Positions 36,276-45,760 of a stretch of 64,000 bases of DNA are shown here, piece by piece; positions within the stretch are counted from its first letter, which is position 1; every line of letters begins with the position of its first letter. Position numbers and translations under genes: made by a program. The notes beneath the pieces are model-generated. The model saw only the letters and a program-made list of their open reading frames with translations, was not told the origin of the DNA and ran no database searches. Where the stretch lies: NCBI GenBank assembly GCA_964187785.1, contig OZ076411.1, positions 86,614,001 to 86,678,000 of the forward strand, in the 5' to 3' direction. The stretch comes from Amphiscolops sp. MND2022. Lineage: Eukaryota.

Positions 36276-36283
36276 GACGCAGA

Positions 36284-39200
36284 TTAGGCTTTGTAGCCTA
36301 CTCGAGTTTTTTGTCGAAGTATGGACAATGGTGCTGGTTGATTGGGTTGTGCTCGCTGATAGCGGGGATTTCTCTCGACGTGACTTGCCACCGCTCGTCT
36401 GAGTTCTTGTAGGGGTGTCAATGATTTAGTCGAAGTCGTCGGAGTGGTAGTCAAGGGTTCGGGTGTTATTTGTTGCGTCAGTGTTTGGATAGGAGTAGTT
36501 GAACCAGGAGGACGGGATGTAGTAGGCTGATCCGGAGTTGTTGGTGTTCCCAACCGGTGATTTTCTGGGGAAATAATACCAGAGTCGGTGCTCTGGGGAG
36601 TTCTCACTCGTTTTTGTGCGGTGGTCTGTCTTTGTTGGTTTCGGACTGGTAAAATGCAGAGATCCCCGAGTATCTGTGGTTCTGAAACATTAAGTCGTTC
36701 TATTCTTCCTTTGACAAAATTGTTATAGAAATCCGTGTCTCCACGGTAGGGAGTTGTGTATTCTTCTATAAGAGGGGGGAGTGTTTCCTCTTTGGGAAAG
36801 TATTCTATTAAATGATTTCTATGGACAGTTCGGAGATTTTCGGGGTTCTGATCGTCTTTTATTTGGTATGTTGTGTTGGTGATTCTCTTGGTAACCGTAA
36901 ACGGTCCTAATCGCAGTTGTTGAAGTTTTTGACTTTTGGAGAGGTCTTTCCGATGGTTTTCTAACAAAACCTTTTGTCCGATGTTGAGATGGCTGCCTAG
37001 TTTAAATCTGTTTCTGTAGGCATGAGATCGAGCTGTTTGTTTTCTGCATTTTTCGTAAGTGGACGAATAGATTTTCTTGAAGGCGGTCTCTCTTTCAAGC
37101 AGGTTTTGAGATAGTTGAGGTCTTAATAGTCCATTCAGCAGTTCGTTTTTAACTTGGTTTTCGCTGTGGCAGTGAGGAGGCAGTCCGTTGCAGAACTGTG
37201 ATCTGCAATTCTTGTTTTTATTACGGTATAGACCCAACTTAAGACTCATAGGTATCTGTGGTTTATTGCAGAAGACTATTTCGTATGGTGTCTTTCCAGT
37301 GGTATAGTTGACGCTTGTGTTGTGGGCAAATGCGAATTTAGCAGCTAGTTGGGCCCAGTTGTTTCCTGAGTCGTTTAAGAAGTTTCTCCAGTACCTTGCA
37401 ATGTGTTGGTTTTGGGTTTCCACTTTTCCGTTAGTCCAGGGTGAGTGTGCAGTTCTTGGCCGGAGAGTGATGCCTAACTCTTTAGTCCAATTGACGAATT
37501 CAGTGTTTACGAAAGCCGTTCCTCTATCGTGTATGATAGACTGCGGTATCCCATAGTGCATAATCCATTTTTCCATAGCGTTGATTGTTGACTGTGCACC
37601 TGTGTCTCTAACTGGGTATGCCATCAAGTAGCGTGAAAATGCGTCGATGATGAGGAGGCAATGTGAATTTCCACGACTGGGAGGGTTGAGTGGTCCCTTG
37701 TGATCGATATGAACAGTTCTGAATACTTGGGTCTCGGTTTCACAGTCCTCCAGTGGGACTTCGTAATTTCTTCTTTGTTTGGATTTGTTAGATTGGCAGC
37801 TAACGCAATCTTGTGTGAGGGCACAAATCCAGTCGTGCATCCCGGGCCAGTAGTAGAATCTTTTAGCATTTAGGTAGGTTTTCTCGGCTCCCATATGGCC
37901 TCCGAGGTCGTTGTAGTGTCCTAATCGGAAGCAGGCGAGAAATAAGGAGAGTGGTAAGCATATTCGAAGATTTTCTTCTTCCGTCTTATCTGTAGGTTCA
38001 TTGTAGCACAGTAGGTTTCCGTTTTCTTCTATGGTCAATCTATCAAACTCTTGGGAATAGCGCATGAGTCCTTTAGAGTGTTGTAATTCTGGTGATTTTG
38101 GCGTAGGCCTGTTTCCGGTTTGTATCCATCGTCGAACCACACTGAGCACCGGGTCATTGATCTGTTCTTGTAAGATTGTTGTGACGTCTAGATCCACTTC
38201 TTTTGATATTTTGTCGAGTTGACTGACGAGCTCTCGGGCTGGGGTCTTGTGTTTTTCCGTTGAATTTGTAGGTAGACTGAGGTGTTCTATTGCCTTTGCA
38301 TTTTCGGGAATACCTGTGTTACGTGCGGTGAGATCTTCAGTGTTGAGCTCGTAGTTGGTCTCGTTTACTTCATGACTTTGGTTGTCTGTGCAGGCTTCAT
38401 CATCTGCATCGCTATTGATGGAGCTGTAAGTATTCTGAGACGAATCGGAAGTGCTATCCCTTGTCCCGGATCTGATTTTTAGCTCTGAAAATTTTCCTAG
38501 TTCTCTTCCAGCGTCGAGACAACTCTGTGCTGACTCTATTTTCGGCAGGTTAGGTTCCTCGTAGATATTGTTAACTGTGAAGTTATTTCCATCGTTTTGT
38601 AGGTGAAGAATTTTTCGTTCATCTCCTTTTTCGTACAGGATGGGGTAGAAATCGTTTTTTGACGTTTCTTCGTTTTCTTCGTGTTTTATTTTGTAGTGTA
38701 TTTGGGTTCCATGCTCGTCGAAGAAGTGAATATCGTTCGGTAGGATTTTGTGACTGAGTTGATGTTTTTTGTGTTCTTCTATCGATACGTTTCTGCTGAG
38801 TATATCAGGGAAGGCTAAATTGCTTCCTGGGGTCCAAATTATCTTGAGATTTGGGAATTTAGAGATTATTACTTGGTACCTGAAGAAACGCGGTGAAACT
38901 TGTCCTTTTCGTCCCCAGAGATAAAGAATTGGTTTGTGGTCACAATATAAGTAAATTGGAAAGGGAGATCCAATGATATAGTGTTCGTAGGTTTGTAATG
39001 CTGAGACTATTCCACATAGTTCTCTATGTAGAGTAGACATTTTTTGTTCTTCTTTTGCGAAGACTCTGGAATTGAAAGAAATGATCCGTTTCCCTTCTGG
39101 AAATTGTTGTATGAGGATACATCCTGTCCCTACGTTGGAAGAGTCGACGTGTATATGAAAGGGATATTTTGTTGAAGGTACTGCAAGAACTGTGTCTTCG

Positions 39201-41791
39201 CTGATTCTTTTCTTTATTTGTTGGAAGAGGTCTTCATGTTCTTGGTTCCAACAGAAATTTGTATCCTTTTTTGTGAGTTCGTAAAAGGGTCGACTATCGA
39301 CGTGAAGGTTCTTGATGTAGCAGCTGTAGAAACCTAAGGCTCCCAAGAAGCTTTTCACTTCGGTTTTGGTTTTTGGTGATTTGAGATTATGTAGGTCTCT
39401 TACTCGTTTAGCTACGGGTTGTATTCCTTCTGCTGCAATCACATGTCCCAAAAACTTGACTTTCCTCAAGAAGAAGAGTGTTTTGTCAGGTGCCGCTTTT
39501 AGTCCCGCTTTCCGTAGTAGGTTATGGTATTCTTGAATCACTGTGAACATTTCTTGTTTACTTTTCGCTTGCATCAACGTGTCGTCTATGTAGGTGATTG
39601 CTTGTTTCTTTTTAATGAGAGGTTCGAAGTGAATTGTCATCATTCGGCTAAAGAAGCTTGGTAACCCTTTAAGTCCGTAGAATCCTCTGGTGAAGGTGTA
39701 TTGTTTCCCGCCTATGATGAAGCTTGTAAGTTTTTGTGTAGGCTCGTCTAATGGGACTTGGTGAAATGCACAGGAGAGATCACTTACTGAGAAGATGTTC
39801 CCGTTGATTAGTGTCATTATGGTTTGGATCGGTTCTAAGGGCCAGGAGTAGTTTGTTAGATCCGTCACTGAATTTAGGTATCTTGCGTCTATGATCAGTT
39901 TTACATAGTCGTGTTTTGGTTGTAGTATAATAGGATTTACGAATAAGGATCCCATTTCGTCGTCATCGCCCATCTCTCTGATAATATCGGCGTCTTTGAG
40001 TTGTGTGAGTAGCTTCTCTAACTTTTCTCTTAGGTGAAGTGGTACTTTGCTGGGTCTCTGTCTCTTCAGGATTGCTCCAGGTTCGAGTTTGATGTTAAAT
40101 TTCTGTCTGGTTTTTCCTACGTCGAATTTGTGTTGGGAGTATACATCTCTCGCATCCATTAGTTGGTCTATTAGGAGCACAAGTTCCTCGTCAGTAAGGT
40201 CTGAGTAGCGAAAGTCGAATTCTTTGATGTATTGCACTGCTTCTTTGTTCTGGTACTGAAGGTAATACTCGATCAGTCTTTCGTTGTCTTCTTTTTGCCT
40301 GAAGATTTTAAATTGCTCATCGCAGGGTGGTTGACAAGACTTTGCGTCACTCGTAAAGTCTGTCTCCAGCTCTCTATGTTTAAGGTGAAATTGCTCGGAA
40401 AATTGTTGTATCTCGTCTTCCAGCGCGTATTCGGGGTCTCCTCTCGTAGTCATAGCATAGACGTCTAGTTCATTTCTTGTATAAATTCGGAGTTGTATTT
40501 CCGAGTAGGCAAAAACATCTTGAATAATTTGTGTCACATCTTGCCATTGGAAATCTTCTAGTTCTGACGCTTCTCGTAACATAGAAATGGTCTTGATACA
40601 ATTCATTTTGGCGTGTGCTTTTAGAGTCTCTAGCGTTTGGACTAAGATTTGTGGGTCGATTTTGTCTTTTGATTTAGCTTTTGTGATTAGGACGTATATG
40701 AATCGTTTTAGATTCATGTCCCAGTAAGGTATTGTATCCCCTTTGAGTGGTTTCTGTTTTGCGCAAGATTCTTTTAACAAGGGTATGTTCGTTAGGATTT
40801 CTTTCGAGAAGCCTTTGGCTGGCTTCAGATCTGCCGGGACAAAGATCATGATGGAGTCGGGTCTGCTGAGGATTGTAGTAGAATTTCCTCCTTCTATTCT
40901 GATGCAATCGTTCATATCTTGTGAAGGGATGGTGGAGTGCAACAGGAAACAGTCATTGTATTCTTCGTTTTCGTTTAGGATAGCGTAGGCGAGTTCCGTA
41001 GGGTTTCTAACTTGGTATTTTGGAATTTCTTGGTCTAATACGTCGAGCAGAGAGTATCCAATAGTTCCTTTTACTAGGGTGATTGTATGGTTTTTGTTAT
41101 TTTCCATGACGATTGGCAAAGTCTTCTCAAATCTTGTACAAAGGACATTTATAAAATTTAGTCCTGTAGAGACTGCTTTTCTGTTGGGTAGGAACGTAGA
41201 TCCGGGAGGAAAGGAGTTCTTGGGGTTTTCCGGTGCAAATTTGTAACATCTTGTCGTCTTTGGTTCGATATACATTGAGTGAGGAATTCGGACTGAGAGT
41301 ATTTGTGATACGTAGGGGTAACATTTGTTGAGTTGTAGACTGCCATAGCAGAAAGTATTTATAGGTCTTTTGAGTTCTATGCCAGGAAGATCAAAGTGTA
41401 TTTTGTTAACTTGTTCTTGACAGAAGTTCATTCCAAGGAGGTTTTGGGTCTTCATCTCTGTTATCCAGACTGTCAGTGGGAAGTTATGTTGTCCATCGGA
41501 ATCGTAGTAGAGTTTAAGGGTGATGTATCCCATCATAGGGATGATCTGCCCAGAGTAGTTCCGTGTTGTGTTGTTACTTCTGCTGAGTTCGAGGTCTTGT
41601 TGAAATTGACAGAGTTCTCTAAAGGTCCTGTAGTTAATGATTGAAGATGTTGCCCCAGTGTCTAGTAGAAATTCGATTTCTAAGCCACTATCTTTTTGTG
41701 AGTCTCCGGCAGCAAAATAATAAAGATTAAGACTAAATTTTAGTGGGGCAGTGCTGCTGTTACGGTTTTTCGGAGACCTTAATAGTTTAAA
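36284..41791 (-). CDS. pol: Pol (protease, macrodomain, RT, RNase H, integrase with GPF/Y tail), expressed by -1 frameshift
   Basis: Frame open from 41791: FLLDTGATSS (PR, near 41660), RT DLSCAFHQ / FYGL / YIDD / FLGH, RNase H HVDSS / RELCG / YCDHKP, IN HYNDLGGHMG..CVSC, HIDHKGP, IHDRGTAF, NGKVE, LGPFTV. Confidence 0.96.
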   Translation of the reverse strand, partial: FKLLRSPKNRNSSTAPLKFSLNLYYFAAGDSQKDSGLEIEFLLDTGATSSIINYRTFRELCQFQQDLELSRSNNTTRNYSGQIIPMMGYITLKLYYDSDGQHNFPLTVWITEMKTQNLLGMNFCQEQVNKIHFDLPGIELKRPINTFCYGSLQLNKCYPYVSQILSVRIPHSMYIEPKTTRCYKFAPENPKNSFPPGSTFLPNRKAVSTGLNFINVLCTRFEKTLPIVMENNKNHTITLVKGTIGYSLLDVLDQEIPKYQVRNPTELAYAILNENEEYNDCFLLHSTIPSQDMNDCIRIEGGNSTTILSRPDSIMIFVPADLKPAKGFSKEILTNIPLLKESCAKQKPLKGDTIPYWDMNLKRFIYVLITKAKSKDKIDPQILVQTLETLKAHAKMNCIKTISMLREASELEDFQWQDVTQIIQDVFAYSEIQLRIYTRNELDVYAMTTRGDPEYALEDEIQQFSEQFHLKHRELETDFTSDAKSCQPPCDEQFKIFRQKEDNERLIEYYLQYQNKEAVQYIKEFDFRYSDLTDEELVLLIDQLMDARDVYSQHKFDVGKTRQKFNIKLEPGAILKRQRPSKVPLHLREKLEKLLTQLKDADIIREMGDDDEMGSLFVNPIILQPKHDYVKLIIDARYLNSVTDLTNYSWPLEPIQTIMTLINGNIFSVSDLSCAFHQVPLDEPTQKLTSFIIGGKQYTFTRGFYGLKGLPSFFSRMMTIHFEPLIKKKQAITYIDDTLMQAKSKQEMFTVIQEYHNLLRKAGLKAAPDKTLFFLRKVKFLGHVIAAEGIQPVAKRVRDLHNLKSPKTKTEVKSFLGALGFYSCYIKNLHVDSRPFYELTKKDTNFCWNQEHEDLFQQIKKRISEDTVLAVPSTKYPFHIHVDSSNVGTGCILIQQFPEGKRIISFNSRVFAKEEQKMSTLHRELCGIVSALQTYEHYIIGSPFPIYLYCDHKPILYLWGRKGQVSPRFFRYQVIISKFPNLKIIWTPGSNLAFPDILSRNVSIEEHKKHQLSHKILPNDIHFFDEHGTQIHYKIKHEENEETSKNDFYPILYEKGDERKILHLQNDGNNFTVNNIYEEPNLPKIESAQSCLDAGRELGKFSELKIRSGTRDSTSDSSQNTYSSINSDADDEACTDNQSHEVNETNYELNTEDLTARNTGIPENAKAIEHLSLPTNSTEKHKTPARELVSQLDKISKEVDLDVTTILQEQINDPVLSVVRRWIQTGNRPTPKSPELQHSKGLMRYSQEFDRLTIEENGNLLCYNEPTDKTEEENLRICLPLSLFLACFRLGHYNDLGGHMGAEKTYLNAKRFYYWPGMHDWICALTQDCVSCQSNKSKQRRNYEVPLEDCETETQVFRTVHIDHKGPLNPPSRGNSHCLLIIDAFSRYLMAYPVRDTGAQSTINAMEKWIMHYGIPQSIIHDRGTAFVNTEFVNWTKELGITLRPRTAHSPWTNGKVETQNQHIARYWRNFLNDSGNNWAQLAAKFAFAHNTSVNYTTGKTPYEIVFCNKPQIPMSLKLGLYRNKNKNCRSQFCNGLPPHCHSENQVKNELLNGLLRPQLSQNLLERETAFKKIYSSTYEKCRKQTARSHAYRNRFKLGSHLNIGQKVLLENHRKDLSKSQKLQQLRLGPFTVTKRITNTTYQIKDDQNPENLRTVHRNHLIEYFPKEETLPPLIEEYTTPYRGDTDFYNNFVKGRIERLNVSEPQILGDLCILPVRNQQRQTTAQKRVRTPQSTDSGIISPENHRLGTPTTPDQPTTSRPPGSTTPIQTLTQQITPEPLTTTPTTSTKSLTPLQELRRAVASHVERNPRYQRAQPNQPAPLSILRQKTRVGYKA
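40480..40910 (-). other. TARG1/OARD1 (Poa1p)-like macrodomain inserted in Pol between PR and RT
   Basis: RFIYVLITKAKSKDKIDPQILVQTLETLKAHAKMNCIKTISMLREASELEDFQWQDVTQIIQDVFAYSEIQLRIY aligns by eye with the C-terminal half of human TARG1 (RYIYYLITK...LQKSLEAMKSH...[34 protein letters not shown]). Confidence 0.82.
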
Positions 41792-43233
41792 GGGCGAATA
41801 TCGGCGACAGAGTTCACCGAGTAATCTGTTTCGAGAAACTGTACGGTGTTATGTCTTCCCATGTCGTTAGTTCTAGGGAACCTTTGTTCGTAGGTTTGAG
41901 TGGGGGTGTTTGGTCTTTCGTTTCTGTTTTGTGGTCTATTAAAGACTGAGTTATTCCTTGGTGGAAGAGGCTGTATGTTGCGGTTGAAGGAGTTAGGCTG
42001 GTCTCTGTTGAAGCTGAACGGAGATCTTGCTCTTTGGGGCCCAGGAGAAACACTTCTGGAATTGTTAGAATTGTTTAGAAAAGGTCTTCTTCCTTCTTGT
42101 GAAAATCTTTGGTTACCAGGACTGAATCTTGTATTCATAGGTCGGCGTTCTGGGTTGAAATTTCTTCTTTGTGGTCTATCATATTGGTTCCGGGCAGGGT
42201 TTGACTGCATGGCTCCAGCAAGTGCTAGTTGATGTGCCACAGCCATATGTTTTCTGATTTCTGAATCGGGTAGTCTAGTTTGGAATCTAGAACCATGTCC
42301 AGGTCCAGTTCTTTTGTTGTAATCGTTGGTGAAAGTTATTCGTCTCTCTGGGTTGGATTCATTTTGAACTTTCTTGATTTCTTCATCTCTCATCTTCTTT
42401 CTGCACCAGTTAGGCGTATGCCCATTTGTTCGGCAGTAGCTGCAAAACCTGGTGGCCATTCTACGTCCTGTTGCGTTCGGATCAACAGTTTTCTCTATTG
42501 CATTGATAGTGTTGTTCGTCTGTTCTTTGATTTGTAGCTTGATTCCTTTGATGTCTTCTCGCAATTCTTGGATGAGTGGGTCTGCGTGTGATTCTCCACC
42601 GGTGAGAGAGGTAGTTACTGTGTAAGAAAGGTCTTTGTTTATTACAGCTTGAGAGAACTGCTCCCAGGTTGCATTCGGATGATCCATTAAGTATTCGTGT
42701 GCCTTTTCCCTCAGTTTCGGGGGTCGAAGGCCTCTCAGTGAGTAGTCAATGCACCTCTGTCTTCTTTGTCTGTCTTGTGCTGCTCTTTCGGCGTCTCTAT
42801 TGTTCTGTGCGACTCCGGCTAGATCATCTGGCCATCCTTTTCCGACTACTATTTTAATTCTGTGTAGGAAGTTCTTTATTTCTTCTCCATCTCGTCTGAT
42901 GACGTGTTCGGCTTCCATTCTGTGTCTAAATTTGTTTCTGCCATCTGCGAATCGCGTTATGAACCTCTCTCTGATTTCTACCCAAGTGTTAGCGTCTGTG
43001 ATGCTGGTCTCGAACCACTCTGCTGCGGGTCCTCTTAATAGTGTAGCAAAATAGGATTTTCTTCTGAAGTTGTAGTCATCAAGTGCTGGTCCGTTGGCCG
43101 GGGTATCACCGTGAGAAAACCGGAACTTCTTTTCAATGAGCTGTATGAATTGTTCAGGATCTTGATCTGGGTCTGTTCCTGTGAATTGGTCTCGGCCTAG
43201 GTCTGGATAAGCCAAGTAATTTTGCGCAGCCAT
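41779..43233 (-). CDS. gag: Gag (484 aa) with one CCHC knuckle
   Basis: Retrotransposon capsid-like LRGPAAEWF...W.EIRERFITRF; CSYCRTNGHTPNWC (CX2CX4HX4C); Arg/Asn/Pro-rich tail. Confidence 0.93.
   Translation of the reverse strand: MAAQNYLAYPDLGRDQFTGTDPDQDPEQFIQLIEKKFRFSHGDTPANGPALDDYNFRRKSYFATLLRGPAAEWFETSITDANTWVEIRERFITRFADGRNKFRHRMEAEHVIRRDGEEIKNFLHRIKIVVGKGWPDDLAGVAQNNRDAERAAQDRQRRQRCIDYSLRGLRPPKLREKAHEYLMDHPNATWEQFSQAVINKDLSYTVTTSLTGGESHADPLIQELREDIKGIKLQIKEQTNNTINAIEKTVDPNATGRRMATRFCSYCRTNGHTPNWCRKKMRDEEIKKVQNESNPERRITFTNDYNKRTGPGHGSRFQTRLPDSEIRKHMAVAHQLALAGAMQSNPARNQYDRPQRRNFNPERRPMNTRFSPGNQRFSQEGRRPFLNNSNNSRSVSPGPQRARSPFSFNRDQPNSFNRNIQPLPPRNNSVFNRPQNRNERPNTPTQTYEQRFPRTNDMGRHNTVQFLETDYSVNSVADIRPLNY
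41785..41791 (-). promoter_or_regulatory. -1 ribosomal frameshift heptamer U_UUA_AAC
   Basis: Gag reads CCT TTA AAC TAT TAA; the heptamer is in the correct X_XXY_YYZ phase and the -1 frame is the open pol frame. Confidence 0.8.
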
Positions 43234-44248
43234 TGTGAGCTATTGAGGTTATAAAAGATAGAAGATGAAGTAAGGAAAAATAAGCCAAAGACTCTATGAG
43301 GTATGATACTCCTGGTTTTTGAGAGTAACTATAAAGAGCGGAAGTAAAAATTGTTTGTACAATGATTCTAACAGTGATAATTATTAGGCAGGTCTGACAA
43401 AACATATACTCCGTAATTCGCTGCTAGTAAAAATGAAATTAGCGCATCTCAGCCCAGGATAGGCACATTCCCAGTATTTATTACTGAAATTTCAAAATTT
43501 TTAGGGGATACTTACAAATCCCGCTTGTGTTACGATTACCGTAAAAAGGGTAGTTCGGAGTATACCAATCCTCCGAGTTAAGCTTAAAAGATTGGAGAGT
43601 ACAGTCGGTCCAGTAGGTCTTCAATTCGCTAGACTAGCCTTTCAATGGCTTTTGTACAAGTAGTACTAGAACTAACCAACAGAGGGAGTCACTCTCGTCC
43701 TCAGGATTAAGTGCGCGGGGCCAAGATCACTATCATGCAAACACTCGGGTACTATCACTAGAATACTAGGTTTCCCACTTGGAATGCTACACAGGTTCCG
43801 GGACACCCACTGGGCTCACGGCCTTCAACCAGTCTCCGAGGAGACCTAGGCGGGCTTTTACTTAATGTGTGTCCGTCTGGACTTGAGTGAACTTCCCAAC
43901 TGTAAGTTTAAATTCCGTGTTAGAGGGCAGTTTCATTCTTGTTTAGGACCGAATGTAGTCTAGCATTTCCGTAAAAATAGATCAGCGCTAACCTTTTTGT
44001 GGATTGAGAGGACTAAGTTGGGTAGAGCACAGTCTCTTCCAACGGCTGTTAAGCTGGAGAGATTCTATTAGAGTATTTACTAGCAGTTCTGTAATTTATA
44101 TAGACTAAAGAAGCCACATATTGGGGCAGTAGGAGAAAAAAGAAAATCAGAAGTAAGATTAAGAGAAATAGGTAGTTAACCCTAACTTCAGAGAGTAGGG
44201 ATTCGAACAGATTGCTCATTTACTTCTCTATAGTAAGAGAAAAAGGAA

Positions 44249-44266
44249 GCCTCACTGGTCGCACCA
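44249..44266 (-). promoter_or_regulatory. Primer-binding site (18 nt)
   Basis: TGGTGCGACCAGTGAGGC begins 3 nt after the 5' LTR end; complementary to a tRNA-like 3' end ...GCCUCACUGGUCGCACCA. Confidence 0.85.
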
Positions 44267-44269
44267 GTT

Positions 44270-45760
44270 TGTCGCACGCATGGATAAATTTCAGTTCTAC
44301 TTTTTTACAGTTTCCTCTTTTAGAGGGGAATTCCAAATTTGTTATCCGTATTAGTCAGCTCAGCTGTTACAACATTTTGCAAAGTGCTTTTCAGACAACT
44401 GTTGTTTTATTGAAGTAGAACAAGTAGAAAAGTCTCAATAACTTAATTTTTTGTAATACCGAAAAGAAAGTGCCTTGCGTGTACGTGCGAACAAAGGAAC
44501 TTGCGTGAGTAAGTGCAAGGCAGTGAATGTAAATGAGCTCTCTGAACTATAAAAAAAAAGCATATGTTAGCAAACTTGTTGAATTACATAAAAGAGCTGA
44601 ACTTCAGGACATAATAAAATTCTTCAGACATAACAGTTTTTATTCAACTGTTTACAATATTCAGTCAACTCACCAAATTTATTTACCAGCAACAGAAGTA
44701 ATAACTTAGCTATTTCAATCTAGGGCACAAATTGATGAATACATTTAGCATCGAAGGAAATTCATAGTAATTTCCTTTAGTTCGAAGAAAGTTTTTTACG
44801 AAAAATTCAGTTTCGGTGTTGTAATAACTTAGACAACACTATTTAATTTTATAGTCTCTACTCCTTTTCTTTTAGGAATAGCATTAAGACTTTTTTGAAT
44901 ATGGGAATGGTAAAGACAAATTGGTTAATAGGGGAAAACCGCAGAATTAAATCAGCGAAATTATTCTAAGATATAATTTTAACAACCGCAGAATTGAATC
45001 AACGGAATTATTATAAGATAGAATCCGCGGAATTAAATCAGCGGAATTATTCTAAGATATAATTTAGTTAGAAAGAGGGAGAGTAAAAAAATCTCCTCTA
45101 AAAGAAAAAATCTAAGATATTTTCGACTCACCAAACTGGAGACCAAGTTGAATTGAAGAGAATTTTCTAAGATAGAAAATTCTGTTGGGGAATAGAGAAA
45201 AAGCAAAGATAAGTTTTTACTTGAGAGAAGGGAGAAAAGGAGGAAAGTTAGACTTTATAAGTCAGAGATAAGGCAAGTGCAAAGTAAGCAAAGAGAAAGT
45301 TGGGGAATAAGAGTCGAGGGAGAGAAGGGGAAGAGTATGTGTAAGAGAAGTGGAGGGATTGAGAAGTTGAGGAGAGAGAGAGCTGTAAGTTGAGCTCAGC
45401 CGTCCGGCGGGAAAGAATGAATCTCCAGCCTGTGCGCGCGGTATAAAAACAGTTCAGCACAGCTGTTGAAGTGCCTGGCCGGCATGTGTTGCATGCTACC
45501 AATGGTAGCTCAGCTTTAAAATTCAAATATCCGCGGTAAGAAATAGAAATTTTCACTAGTGCAATTCCTTTCCCGTAGTATTCCATTACTTATTACTCCA
45601 CTTCGAGGCCGCCGCGTTATGGCCGCCGCCATATTTACTTCAACTTTCCACTCTCCACACAACGTTAGTTCAAGTTTTATGTTTCTCTTTGCACGTGTTA
45701 TTTTTTTATAATAGAAAGCGCCTTTTGGTGATTCGTTAGAGCGTTAGTCATAGCGCGACA
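44270..45760 (-). repeat. 5' LTR of the gypsy element
   Basis: 1491 bp, no differences from 27971-29461 noticed by eye; followed by TSD GCAG. Confidence 0.97.

Larger units (their letters stand above)
27971..45760 (-). mobile_element. Intact 17.8-kb env-bearing Ty3/gypsy (Metaviridae-like) LTR retroelement with multiple accessory genes
   Basis: Direct repeats 27971-29461 and 44270-45760 (1491 bp each, TGTCGC...GCGACA), 4-bp TSD GCAG (27967-27970, 45761-45764), PBS and PPT in minus orientation, PR-RT-RH-IN order, uninterrupted ORFs. Confidence 0.97.

Noticed and set aside
43154-43405. Hydrophobic 83-aa ORF overlapping the gag start
   Set aside because: It overlaps the predicted leader intron and polypyrimidine tract, which explains the hydrophobic translation; no other support.
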